Shown in pieces: positions 35,001-47,453 of a DNA stretch of 64,000 nt. The DNA comes from Entomortierella parvispora E1425 (taxonomy: Eukaryota; Fungi; Mortierellomycota). The first letter of the stretch is position 1. The number at the start of each line of letters is the position of its first letter. A program made the translations under genes and the position numbers. The stretch lies in the NCBI GenBank assembly GCA_020891255.1, contig BQFW01000004.1, positions 1,426,001 through 1,490,000 on the forward strand. The letters are read 5' to 3'. Under the pieces are notes generated by a model. That model worked only from the letters and a program-made list of their open reading frames with translations, was not told where the DNA came from and did no database searches.

Positions 35001-38000
35001 TTGGCCCCAGCCCTTTTGCCCTCAAACGAAGATTCATTGCTCGCTAAGAGTGATGTTAGAATCACCACCAGAGATGGAGGACTGCGAAGAATCTCGGACC
35101 CAATGCTTCGGAAAATGGCCTCGGCGTTATCGGAACGACACTCAACAGCTCAGCGAACGCTCTCCGCCTCTTCGATCGCTCCTACGGATCATTCCACAAA
35201 ATCAGTGGTGCGCTCTGACTGTACCAACCTATCAACAATCACCAATCAAGGCAATGGTGCTCCAAACATGAAAAATGTGCTCAAGCCCACTTCGCCAGTA
35301 TCTGCTGCTGCTTTCACAGCAAGCTCCCCGAACTCCATGCCAAACAAAAAGAAGGAACATGGGAGGCTGACTGTAACGGCTGTGAAGAGTCGGTCGTCCT
35401 CGCCAGCTCCGCCATCGCCTCTTGGAATGTCAGTCTCTGGATCCTCATCATTGCCTGCAGGACCCTTCTCCTCAGTATATACGTCAAACGCGAGCAGCTC
35501 ACTCAAGTCGAAATTCTCGATTCCAGGAATCACCTCCCATGGCCACTATCACCATGTGCCATTTTCGTCGTACCTTCCCAGAAGACCATCGATTAGCCAC
35601 ACTGTGTTCTCGTCTGCCCATACCCCCGCCTCCAATGCGGCCATTGCCGCAGCTGCAACGGCGGCGTCGGCGGCATCAGCATCATCCTCGTCGCGCTCGC
35701 CCAACATGTTGCACCTAGAGCCCCGAAGTGCCACTGCAGACTATTCTTGCTCAGGCATTCATTATAAACGTCAGAGGAGCATGTCACTACAGGATGCTGA
35801 CCTATTGACAGCTGATCAGTTCATCGCGCTTATGCCTGGAAGCAATGGTCACAAGAGTGGTGAAGAGACTCCTCCAAAACGAAGATTCAGCTCTGAGGAG
35901 ACTGTGAGTATCTTGTTATTTTGTAATTATTACTTGACAATTTGCCTTTCTTCTGAACTAACAATTTTTTATTTAATTTTAGTTGCAAGAAAATCCTTGG
36001 TGTTTGCGGCCAAAGACCTTACCCATACCGGATCCCATAGTGACTCTTCGTGCACATCAAGAATCACTCAAATCCAACAGTGATCTAATTCTAAAACTAT
36101 TGGCGACTGTTAATTGCCCGTTTGCGCCTATTCACCACCAACAGACCATTACCAACTCAGATTCAACCTTGTCTTCCGCAAAGACACTGGAGGCCTCTGG
36201 ATCCGAATTTACGCTTGATGGCTCAGGAAACGACATTGGGGATGATTTGAACAACAAGGATGGCATCCAGGATATGTCGGGCCCACAGATCTTGATTCTA
36301 GTGCAAGAAGTCGAGGATAACGGTGAAAGTGAGAGTGACGACCGATCGACCAAGGATTCTGAGAGCGACCAACTGATGGAAGATACAAACGACGCCACAC
36401 CGACAACGAACATCCTGGCAACAGATCATGCTCCGGAAAACGAACAGCAAGACTCCGCCACCTATTTGCGCCTTGAGGACATGGACCCAAAGCAAAACTT
36501 GATCGAGACCACAGGAGGTCATTTAGAGGAGATTGAGCACACAGTGGATCAAATGGTGGAGATCCTCTCCAAACACATCTCCACGAATCAGTTCTCAAAG
36601 TTGATAAGCGAGACAAACGACATGTGCTTTCGATCTCAGGAAGTCTTTCAGTTCGAGATGGAGCGACGACGGAAATGGAGGATTGAGGCTGGATTAGATC
36701 AGCAAGAGGAACAACCGTCGCCAGACAATCTTGAGCAAGCCCTTCAGACTGAAAAGGAGAGTGTCGCTGCCGAGGCAAAGCATGTGGGGGAAAGTAATGA
36801 CGACACAGGAGGATCCGATGCCGAATCAACACTGCTATCATTGGAAGAGGCTCTGAAGCAGGTCATGGCGGACGACGGTCGTGCTGAACGCGGCCGATCC
36901 CAGAGATATGTGGTGAAAAACAAAGATTCCAAGGACCGAAATTCCCAGCACCGTGATATGGATGGCACCCGTAAGCAAAAGTATCGATACAGGGCGCCCC
37001 CTGGTTCTCCATTTCCGTATGTCAGGAACTCTCTGGACGCTGGCCTACAGGTACCTCTCTCTTCAGAGATGTTGGAAGAGCACCAAAACAACCTGAAAGA
37101 CTATGTAAGGTCATACCAACGTCATATCTTCGCGACGATGACTACAGTGCAATAACTCAGAGGCTCTGTTATAGGTTCGAATGGTGCTCGAAATGGCCGA
37201 GATCAGCATTACAGAGTTCATTCGTGTTTACAACAGCGTAAGAGAGAGGAGATGATCACTGCTCCTCTTTATACGATTCCTAACCCTGTACCGTTTCTGC
37301 ATCTCCTAGATGTTTATTGTGCCAACGTCACGCTATCGTATCGAAGGATGCAATGACCTGAAGAAGATAGAGCGTGCCTTACGTTCTGAACCCAACTCAC
37401 AGCACAGCCACCCTTGTCACTTCAATGTTTCAAAGACATTCCCTTTGCCATCACAATCGGCGACGCGAGGGGAGGACTCATCCACATCTCAACCTTCGTT
37501 GATGAGCAGGGTTTCGATCCTGCAGGATGCTCAGCTATTTGCAAGTCCAACAACGACCCCAACTTTGGATAAAGTTACAGAAGCAGACATCGCGGCCGCT
37601 GAGAGTGTGCCACCAACGATTACAATGTCAACCTTGGCATCGAATTTAACCCAGGCAATGAACCCAGCTCATTTCTCGGATACTGGGTCACTGTCCTTCA
37701 GCTCGAGCACATGTTCGCCATTGAGTCCAGTCCCTCATGGTCCCAACCTGGGGGACCTCCCTGCGGATTCTTCCAGTACCCCATCAAGCTCTTCCGGTCC
37801 TTACTTCAATGGACAACCGATGGCGAGAGTAAAGAGTTTACCAGAAAGCAAAGACGAGTGGGCTGCGTTCCAAAAGCGGAAAGTAAACACTAGCAGTAGT
37901 ACCGGTATTGGAACGGTATCCCCAGATGTCGATTCTTCAACTCAGGCTCGTCAACAACAACGCAGTGAAAGTTGCGGTTCAGTCATGACACCAAATTTAT

Positions 38001-40544
38001 CCATGTTGGGTGAATACTCTCAGGAACACATGGGCCACGAAGCTTACTACTATCGTAACTGGTTCCTGGGGAAAGGTGAGGGGTTCTCCCTGCATTCGAT
38101 ATCTCTGTCCAACTCCGTGCTTGTTAGCTGATTCTGACATTCTGTCAAATTTCTTAGAGCACCGAACATTTGTGGGCCAAGTTGAAGGTCTGGGCACAGT
38201 GATCATCTCGATCATCAAGGATATGGTGGTGCCGACGGAATCTAGGTTAAACCATTCCAGGCGCACAAACACAGGACCATTCGCAGCCTACCCTTCAGCA
38301 AGCTCGATCTCACCTTCAGCTGGACTATCCATGGGCCTCCTTTCTCACAACAGCCATTCAGCTCCAGGATTGGTGTCACGCCCAGAACTGGTTCATTCCA
38401 CTCAGAGCTTCTATTATCCACGTGGCCCTGGCTTCTATAATGGACAAGGGACCCATAATGGAGTCCCTCCCAGTAGCCGCACCAGTACTGAGGCGATGCG
38501 TGTCATTCTTGCGTCTTCTAATGCGGCCGCCAGCGGATCCGGAGGAGACAATCACCCTAGTATCAGTCATCCCCTAATAGGGCCTGGCTACAGCCACCAC
38601 GGAGCAACATCAAGCTTGAGCTCTACACATACCTCAAAGAGTCATAGTGCTTTGCATAGTTCTGGCGACTCTCAACAGATGCCGCACCACACTCCACACA
38701 TCCATCACCATCCCCATTCGTACCCTCAGCTCCAGCAGCAGAATCTTCATCAGCCTGGACAGCCGATACAACAGTCGAACGGAACTTCTGGCCCTACTGC
38801 GCCTTCAATTACTCCTGCCCGATGGCAATATCGTTGCATCCTTCGTCAAAAGGATGTAGACAGTATACGCATCACCCTCCCAGAGCCAGAGCCGAGCAGC
38901 CCATTGAATAATCTCACTCGTCGAGCTGGCAAGCCTCAATGGAAAGCGATCCTTCAGTCGATCCACCCTGCGATCACGCAACAGGTGGCTTCCAAACTCA
39001 AGAAGGTCCAGAACAACCAACATTTTGAGAAGGAGCTTGCGAAATTTGACGAGACCATGCTCAGATTCAATTACAAGTTTGGTGTGCTTTTGGTCTTGCC
39101 GGGCCAGGTCAAGGAAGAAGATTGGTTCAGCAATCAGATGAAGGACAGCGAGCGATTTTGTGAGTTCTTAGAAAGTGGTGCCTTAGGTCAGAAAGTTGCT
39201 CTCAAAGGATTCGAGCGGTTCTCTGGAGGTTTGGATACCCGAAGTAAGTTCGATTTTTTTTTCTATTGGCTGCTTAGTTTGCTTGTATTTTGTTCTTGAG
39301 CTAGACAGATTTCCTAATGTATTTATCCTTTCCCACTTGTAGGCAACTCTGAAGACTCTTCCTACTACGACACTTGGGGGGACGATGGATCCTTTGAGAT
39401 CATGTACCATGTTTCGACTCTTCTCCCATTCAACACTGTCGATCGACAACAGATCCAGAGGAAGCGTCATATCGGAAACGACATTGTTTGCATCGTCTTT
39501 GTGGATGGCGATCAGCCATTTTATCCGTCCGCGATCAAATCACAATTCCTTCACATCTTTGTGGTGATCCATCCTATCCTTTTGCCAGATGGCAAGACTG
39601 GATACTCTGCTGCGATCGCCTGCGATGAACAGGTGCCCGAGTTTGGACCGCCCCTCCCGCACCATGACCAGCCCTTGATATTTAGGAACGCACAAGAACT
39701 TCGAGCCTTCTTGCTCTGCAAGATGATTAATGGTGAGAATGCAGCCTATAAGGCCCCCCGGCTGATCAAACCCCATCAAAGAGCCCGATCAGGACTGTTG
39801 GAGAATTTGGTGGCAAAGGCCAATACCCTGGCCAAAGAAAAGGATAAGGACAAGGACAAGAACAATGCAACCAAATCGACCAAACCATACAAAATCATGG
39901 ACCACCACTCTGCTTTGGATTCCACCACCGGCGTTGATGTCGTCCCTCATTCAACGTCTGCCCCGAGTGAGCATCGATACTACCGGGAGAGTCCTGGATA
40001 TGATCAGCAGCATGTTCATCCATTCCAGTACCAGCAACCTCCGCAACAGCACCAACAGCACCAACAACATCCTCACCAGCAGCATCCACACTCACACCAG
40101 CAGCACCAACAATATCCTCACCAACAACATCCTCACCAGCAACATCCACACCAACAACAGCAGCACCAACAACATCCGCACCCACACCCATACCCACACC
40201 AGCAGCACCAGCACCAGCAACATTCACATCAACAGCACTATCAGTACCAGTACCCACAACCACAACCACAGCCAGATACCCAGCACCAGCAACCAGCTCT
40301 GCAGGTACAGACACATATCAAATCGCCTATTCAGAATTCTTATTCAAAACAATACCCGGCAGCTCCTTATCAACCTCAACCTCATTCTCGACCAATTCCT
40401 GGCCCCACTGCGCCTGTGATACTCTCCCCTACCGCGCGATTTGAAGCTCGAACGAAGAAGAGCAGCGAGACTCAGAGAAGCGTGTTCTCGGTGAACATCG
40501 ATGAATTGGACGTGCAGGCATGTGGTATGAGGAGCATACTCTGA
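32046..40544 (+). CDS. Very large Rap/Ran-GAP (RapGAP/SIPA1-like) domain protein
   Basis: About 2,600 aa over six exons. GAP core: YYYRNWFLGKEHRTF, YKFGVLLV..GQ..EEDWFSN, FCEFL..LGQKVALKGF..FSGGLDT, EIMYHVSTLLP, QQIQRKRHIGNDIV, IKSQFLH, CKMINGENAAY. Long Ser-rich N-terminus and Q/H-rich tail. Confidence 0.88.
40021..40290 (+). repeat. Degenerate Gln/His/Pro codon repeat (QQHPH)n in the RapGAP C-terminus
   Basis: CAGCAC/CAACAT/CCTCAC units translating to QQHQQHPHQQHPHSHQQ... Confidence 0.85.
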
Positions 40545-40730
40545 CAACTTCAGTTCACCTCTTTTTTATATCCTCGTCCTTCACCTCTCCTCTACTTTTT
40601 CCCACCCTTACAATAACTCTTTGTGCGTTCTTTCCCCTAATTTATAAATGTCTCCTACACCCTCTTCTCCCCTCTAAAATACTACCCTAATAAACAGTAC
40701 GCCTCCACTAATCGGTCATCTCCATGCATT

Positions 40731-42986
40731 TTACAAGAACTTCACAGGCACCTTTCGACCACCAGAGTGAGGTGTTACTGAAGACTGGCTCGAAACGCCA
40801 CCAAACTCACTCAGCCACTTCACAACCCCTTTAAACGAGTCTGGCAACAAAGGCTTAAGCCTCACTTGCTCCAGGCTAGGTAGCAACAGAAGCAGTCGAC
40901 GAATTTCGTCCCTTTGCCATTGTGAAGGAGCGTCGCTGCGCAAGACTAGATGCCGAAGTTTGGTCAACCTTGGTCCAAAAGGCTGACGGTACAAGCTACG
41001 ATGGCCATCGCCACTGCATTTGATACATGGTGGAACGTTTGCTAAATGGGGTTCCGGTAGATTCGTTTCCACTTTTACACGACTGGCTCCTTGTTGACGA
41101 TGGTTCACCACATTGTCATCTCCCGGCTCTACCACATCCATGACATCCACTTCAGAGAGTCCGTCGGCCAACTGACAGATACCAGAATCGGCTCCAACTT
41201 CCAGATGAGAACTGACAAGACTGAGTGACTTCAGTTCAAAGAGCTCGCCTAGTTGCCGGTAGAGTGGTTTCCATGCATCTAGGCCCCAATGCTTCACTCT
41301 AATGTCAAGTGTCTGCAGTCGTGTGCAAGCCTAAAATCGAATGGGTCGAGCGGTCAAAAAGATAGAATCTATACCCTTGACGTCGTCTTCAAACCATGTG
41401 ACATCCTTGTTCAGAATTCTCTCCTTCAGTAAGGCAGTGGATGACCAAAGCGGCGGAGGAGTTATCGAGGGGGCTATTGTCTTGATGTTGTTGCCACTGC
41501 CACTAACTCTGTTCCTGTTGTTCGACGCCTTTACATTTAAAAGCTCCTTGGGGGCGATGAGCCGTGGGTCCAAATGTACATATGGGGCCTTAAAGGTCAG
41601 GAGCTTGGATCGTGTCATCAAGATCCAATAAACACAGTGCGAGATCATTTCCAGCTGCTCTTTCCCAAACACGCCTTGACGGAAATCAATCGCAAGATGC
41701 CGCAGGTGAGGTAGAAAAACATGGGAGAAATCCATCTCGCTCTCATGTGAAAAGTCGTCTCCTGCTCCATCCTGGCTGCTCGAAAGCGGCCGGTGAACCA
41801 AAAGAATGCCCCGTTGCTCACATAGAAACCGCATCATATTGGCATCCTGAACAACACAGTTCAGGTCCGTCAGGTATTCGAACCGCATCCAGGTCTCAAC
41901 GCGATCCCTGATCTCGGGGCAGTTGATCGTCGTCTGAGATACATTGAGGAACTTCAAATGGCCTTTGCAAGCCTCCAATGATTTGAAGGAAGGGAGGATG
42001 GTGGCTGATTTCATGAGGCGCAACTTTTCAGGCAATTCATCGCAGTCCAGGTGGAACTCGACCAGTTTTGGACAATATTGAGCCAATAAAAGACCATCCA
42101 CTTTAACAGCCAGCCGCTTTAACCTCCAGACATGTCTTGTAGGTGTTTGCTCAGTATTGTCGAACAGTCGTGTTGACAGGGCCGACGGCTTTGATCCTGA
42201 TGCCTCGGAAGGGTACCTAGAATGGTTATTTTTGTAATAAAACCAGTATCCCTTCAGTTCTAGCTCTTCCAGTCTCGAAAAAAGAGGAAACAGGTCCTCG
42301 ATGGCCACCCTTGGCCTCCACATATCAAAACTCACAAGCCTCAAATCTTTCATCGACTTAGGCAAGTGGACCAAAGATAGCAAAAAGTCTGCCTCCCCAA
42401 ATGGCCCCAGCCTCAAAGATAATGAGGTCAAATTGGGCAACTCCTGCAGCAAGAGTTGGTTCAACCTTTGCTTGGGAATGCTGCGAAGGATATTGGAGGC
42501 GTCCACGTAGGATTGGCCGTCAAAATTCCAGTCGGGAGCCTCAATGCTTTGATCCCCTCGAGCCTCTGCCGCCTTCGCGTTCAGAGACAATGCTGACTCG
42601 AACCTTGTGTGAACATATCCAGAACGACTACGATCATGAGCCTTGATCATTTCACGATTACACCACCACTCCAGCTGCTGAACCTGGCACAGCAAAGATT
42701 TGACAACGGAACTTGAGTAGCTGCCATGGTCAGCAAACTGGTGGGCACGAAGGACATGTCTTGGATGTAAGAGTCGCAAAAGAGGAAAGGATGGCCGATG
42801 CCATTGGCGCAGATCAATCTTTGCCCAGAGAAGAGGTAATAGCGTTGAGTGCCAGACGTGACAGACTTGAACCGAATTAAAGAGCGCCGATCGGCCTAGA
42901 GATTTTCCTAGGAGAGACAAGACCTCGTTTGGGACGCGGTCAAAAGCTGACTTGGCAGCAGGGCTAACGGTGGAAGTTGGCTCCAT
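40731..42986 (-). CDS. F-box/LRR protein with one in-frame TAG at 41331-41333 (in-frame intron or premature stop)
   Basis: F-box-like VPNEVLSLLGKSL..VQVCHVW; LRR-like repeats. ORFs 41331-42986 and 40731-41297 are in the same frame and continue ...RPIRF*ACTRLQTLDI. Confidence 0.7.
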
Positions 42987-43209
42987 GGACGAACGGGAAT
43001 GAAAATGATTACGACCTGAATGGATGTGTTACGGGAGGGACGGAATGAACGACCATGCTTCTGACCACGGGCAACATGCGGGTCTTAGATCGCAGCACCG
43101 CCACACGCGTGGCACCTCCCCATGCTGCAAATATAATGTCATTCATTTTGTCCGAATGTCATTCTTTTCAACATCCCAACATCTCAACCGCCCTGCCTTG
43201 TAACACTTC

Positions 43210-44649
43210 ATGGATCTGCCAGAAATTCGAAACGCTGTCGCCCTCTTTTTGCCAAAAGAGGCTCTTGCCGCAGCAGCAAGTGTGTGCAAGGGGTGGCATG
43301 CATCGTTCATCCCCCACTTGTACGCGTCTCTGGATTTGTACACAGACCCAGGGCGGGCACCTACAGCCCTTACTCTTGCTATGTATGGACACCACTTGAA
43401 GGAGCTATCCTTGGATTTGATTCATCCACAAATCCACGCCATCGCGACTACCTGCCACAATCTCCAAAAGCTACATCTTGTCCTCATCGATTTCAACAGC
43501 AAACATCGGTACCCAGTAATGCGTCTTCTGCAGTCAAATCCCAGGATCCATGATCTGAAGATCGAGATGTACGAACACAGCTGCAGGGAGACCCCTCCCA
43601 ACATCACCGAGGATATCCTGTTGCGCTGCCCTGCTGTTACCAGTGTTACCCTCAATGAGGTCGATTTGTCCAAGGAAGATATCTGCGCCTTGTGGACGAA
43701 ATCAAACCAATTGAAGGAGCTCCGGATTGACGGAAACTCTCCTGAATCATTTGAAGGTATTTTGGAGCGTGGAGCAAGGACATGGCCGACATTCTCCAAC
43801 CTCTCCTTTCTGGAACTACGATGGCTAGTCGACGACTTGAACCCAGATGCACAAGTTCGCTTGATTGGGCAGTGTCCCGCATTGAAACAGCTCAGGTGGA
43901 TACTCCCAAGTCCAGAGTCCCTGTCGAATCCAAATGGCAATGCTGTCGAGATGAAGTTTAGTCAAGAATTGGAACAGCTCTTTCGTTCGGCTCGTTGTCC
44001 GCTCCTCACCTCAATTGAAGTTTATAGCCCTGTGGACCATGACAAATATCTTCGAATCATACTCGAACACAGTCCCGCGCGTCTGATCCACCTTCGCACC
44101 CGACTTTTCCACTTTACAGACTCGGCCCTGGATGGATGGAGGCGACACTTTGGCACTTTGGTCTGCCTTTATCTGGTCTCTTCCAGCTTAAAGGAAGAGA
44201 ATAGGGCCTGCCAAATCATCCTGAGTTCATGTCCAAGATTGGAGAAATTTGCGGGCTCGACATTATATCTCTCGGATGGACCCTCAGCAGACCCTTGGGT
44301 ATGTGACAAACTTCAGGATTTGAAAATCAGGATTTGGACCAAGGACAACCCACAAATGCGTCATGAGATACTGGATCGACTGATGCAATTGAAGAATCTC
44401 AGGTCTCTCTCGATTGAGGTATCCTCAGACTGGTTCTTTCTCTACGTGGAACGTGATCTGCCATCCATGCACAATCAGCGAAAAACTGAAAATGAACTGC
44501 TGTCAGCAGACCAAGATCAAGATCAGCGACTCTTCCAAAGGAACAGCCCTCTTTACCGAAGACTTCATCCCGCCAAACCTACTCAGAGATGGGTCCAGAA
44601 CGCCTGGCCAAAACTAAGGCATTGTCAAGTATTAATAAGCAGTCAATAA
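43210..44649 (+). CDS. Intronless F-box/LRR (RNI-like) protein
   Basis: 479-aa ORF; MDLPEIRNAVALFL..AASVCKGW; LRR pattern; PWVCDKLQDL motif; paralogous to 23305-24969. Confidence 0.85.
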   Translation: MDLPEIRNAVALFLPKEALAAAASVCKGWHASFIPHLYASLDLYTDPGRAPTALTLAMYGHHLKELSLDLIHPQIHAIATTCHNLQKLHLVLIDFNSKHRYPVMRLLQSNPRIHDLKIEMYEHSCRETPPNITEDILLRCPAVTSVTLNEVDLSKEDICALWTKSNQLKELRIDGNSPESFEGILERGARTWPTFSNLSFLELRWLVDDLNPDAQVRLIGQCPALKQLRWILPSPESLSNPNGNAVEMKFSQELEQLFRSARCPLLTSIEVYSPVDHDKYLRIILEHSPARLIHLRTRLFHFTDSALDGWRRHFGTLVCLYLVSSSLKEENRACQIILSSCPRLEKFAGSTLYLSDGPSADPWVCDKLQDLKIRIWTKDNPQMRHEILDRLMQLKNLRSLSIEVSSDWFFLYVERDLPSMHNQRKTENELLSADQDQDQRLFQRNSPLYRRLHPAKPTQRWVQNAWPKLRHCQVLISSQ

Positions 44650-44650
44650 T

Positions 44651-44694
44651 AAAAAGTGATGCCTTTGGATTTAAAAAGTGATGCCTTTGGATTT
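44651..44694. repeat. Perfect 22-bp tandem duplication (AAAAAGTGATGCCTTTGGATTT x2)
   Basis: Direct reading; lies between two convergent stop codons. Confidence 0.92.
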
Positions 44695-44794
44695 AATGAC
44701 GAGATTATATCTTTATCAATGTGAGAATATATATTTGTGAGGAGGGGCGAAAGGGCAGGCTCCATGTAGTATTTGTCCGCTCCAGCTCCAGTTT

Positions 44795-45258
44795 TTAAGC
44801 CAAAGCACCCATGGGGTCGAAGGCAGGCAAAACATGAACGGGCTGCTCAAGGACATCCAGGAACTTTTGAGGAACAATCTCCTTCTCGAGCACCACCTGG
44901 TAGACAAACTCGCTGAACCAGGCGTCGCTCATGGTCAAGTATCCTTTGTCACCACCGACATCACCCCAGCTGTTTTCCACTCTCCAGCGGATAGGCTTGC
45001 CGTCTTCGTCCAGGTGGACTCCAGTGAAGACCATAGCGTGAGTCATCAAGGACTCGCCATGGATCAAACGCTCCGCCTTGGTCATGTTGAAGCTCACGTT
45101 GAAAGCCAAGTCATACTGGAACAGCTTAGGGTCCAGAATACCAGCATCACGGTGAAGGTACTTGCCCACATCAGCACCAAACCAGACCTAGAGGTTGAAA
45201 CAATATCAAACGAACCATGATCAGCGGCTGTGCTCGACTTCGATACTCCACTGTTTTT

Positions 45259-45295
<37 letters not shown>

Positions 45296-47060
45296 TACAG
45301 GCTTGCCAGCAGACAACTTCTTGATGGCAAGAGTTTTCAGATCATCGATGGGGGCGTTGACGTAACGAATAGGGCGGCCTCCAGAGATATTGCCGAGGTA
45401 CTGCACAGTGTAAAGAGCCATGGACTTGTTACGAGGATCGTTGATGATCGAGATTGTCTCCTCAACCTATAAGCTCAAAAAAAAAAAAAAAAAAAGATAA
45501 TGGCGTCAGTCACCGAAACAATATGTTCTAGCATCATGGTATACCCTTGACATGAAGCTTTCTACGAACAGGGTATCCGACATGCTCCTTGAAGTAGGCT
45601 TGAGGGGTCAAGTTGTTAAACTCAAAGTACTTCTTGTCCTTGTTGCGGAAAGCCCAGGTGAAGGGCTTCTTGGGGGGCTCACCCAAGGTAATAGCCAAGA
45701 TGTTGTAGATCTCCTTCAAGCACTTCTCCTTCTCGTGGCGCAATTGCTCAACAGAGTGGCCAAGGGAGGCCATGCGGCGGAGGACGACGGCGTGATCACG
45801 AAGCTTGGAAATGACCAAGGTGTTCAACTTTCCTGAGCTCGAGGAGCTGAAGGACTCTGGATAGAGCGCCTTTGGTACGACACCATAACGGGCAACGAGG
45901 TTGATCAACATATCCCATTGACCGCCGTCGTTCACGGGCTCCTTCAACAAGTGCTGGACGACACGGTCGTTCACATCCTTGTCGCGGAGATCGATCATGC
46001 ATTCCAAGAACCCTGGGAATAAGTGAAGAATCGCATGTAGCGCAAATCGTGGACAAATATGGAAAGGAAAGAGAAAAAAATGAAACGCGCACAGAGAGAG
46101 GAAAAAAAAAGAGGGTTAGAATACAAGAACAATATCTTTTTTTTTTTTTTTGGGTCCAGGGGGGTACACATGCAGGTGCACACTTTGCCCACTTGTTTAG
46201 CAAACAACGCCACGCTAACGCCCTATCCAGAGTCGAGCCCTTGTTGAAAAACTGCGGGTAATTCAAACCAGACGAACGGCGCGAAAACGCCTGCCTCGAA
46301 ATGGGCAGCATTGTGGCCTGTCGCACGTCTTCCCTTGTTTTCGTTGGGCTGCTCTCAATTTTGTTCACACGAGGCCAGGTGGGCAATCCCTCCAATCTTA
46401 ATCCAAAGGGCGGTGAGTGACCTGATAAAGAAAACCTACAATTGCTCTTCTCGAACTTGTCCCAGAAGAAGAGGTAGCCCTGCGACAACTCAAACTCCTC
46501 GAGGTTGTACTTTTTCATGACCTCGACTCGGAATACGTTCAAGGCTGCAAAGATCCAGCAACGACCCGAGCTCTTTTGGTTTGTGACCATGCTCTCGATG
46601 GGGATCTTGGTGTTGAACACATGGTTGTCGGCAATCATCACCTCGCGGTTTGTCAGCAGTGTTGAGAAATCAAGAGAGTGGGCAGCATTCTGGACCATCA
46701 GGTTCTTGGGATCTGCAACAAAGTCAGCGCTATAATAAACGCATGGGTACGGAAACCTGGTTAGCAACAACACTTGACTCAGCAGTGTTCGGTGCTGATC
46801 GGCGACGATTTGCGTAGCTCCTTGTACCTCATTTGGTGAACTTGCTCCTTGCGAAGAGCCGCCTTGGGGCTGTTAACGCCGTGGGGCTCGGTGAGGACAG
46901 GAGTGGAATCGGAAGAGATGTCAAGCTTCATGTCGGTAGGGTATGCTGGTGGGTGAGATGAAGAGGAAGAAGAGGTAGAATAAGAAGGCAAGGGGTTGGA
47001 GGAACGTTTGCTGATGATGGTGCTTGTGGCGTCGAGGTGCTTTGAGGATACGCAGCCCAT
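44795..47060 (-). CDS. LAP3: Bleomycin hydrolase / cysteine aminopeptidase (peptidase C1B)
   Basis: NQKSSGRCWIF (catalytic Cys), LMTHAMVFTGV (His), WRVENSWG (Asn), VWFGADVGK, conserved C-terminal DPMGALA; four introns resolved. Confidence 0.95.
45260..45293. repeat. A34 homopolymer (U-tract on the sense strand) immediately after an intron 5' splice site of LAP3
   Basis: Minus strand reads CCT|GTAAG followed by 34 T. Confidence 0.9.
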
Positions 47061-47453
47061 TGGGGGATAGAAGAGAGTGAGTGGAGTAGAGTTAGGGGAG
47101 GGGGAGAAGAGGGGAATAGATTATGAAGTCAAGGAGAAGCAACGAAAGAAGGAGAGAGGGTGAGGAATAGAAGGACGAATCGTGGGACCGAGGGGTCAGG
47201 GACCAGGCATTTCGGGGACAGGTGGCAGACTATGTAAACGTAAACGTAAGCGAAGGTGGCTGGCTGGCTCCCTCTGTAAATGCAAGCTTCTTTGCCCATT
47301 TGGAGTCGATTGACATTCCCCCCTTGTATTCACCCGCCCGTCCCTGACCGTGCTCCTTCTATCCCCCTCCTGCCCTTCCCCTGTCTGGTCTGGTCCATCT
47401 TTCTCTCGTTCCCCTGCCCCTTATTACTCTACTATCCCGACTATTTAAAAAAG

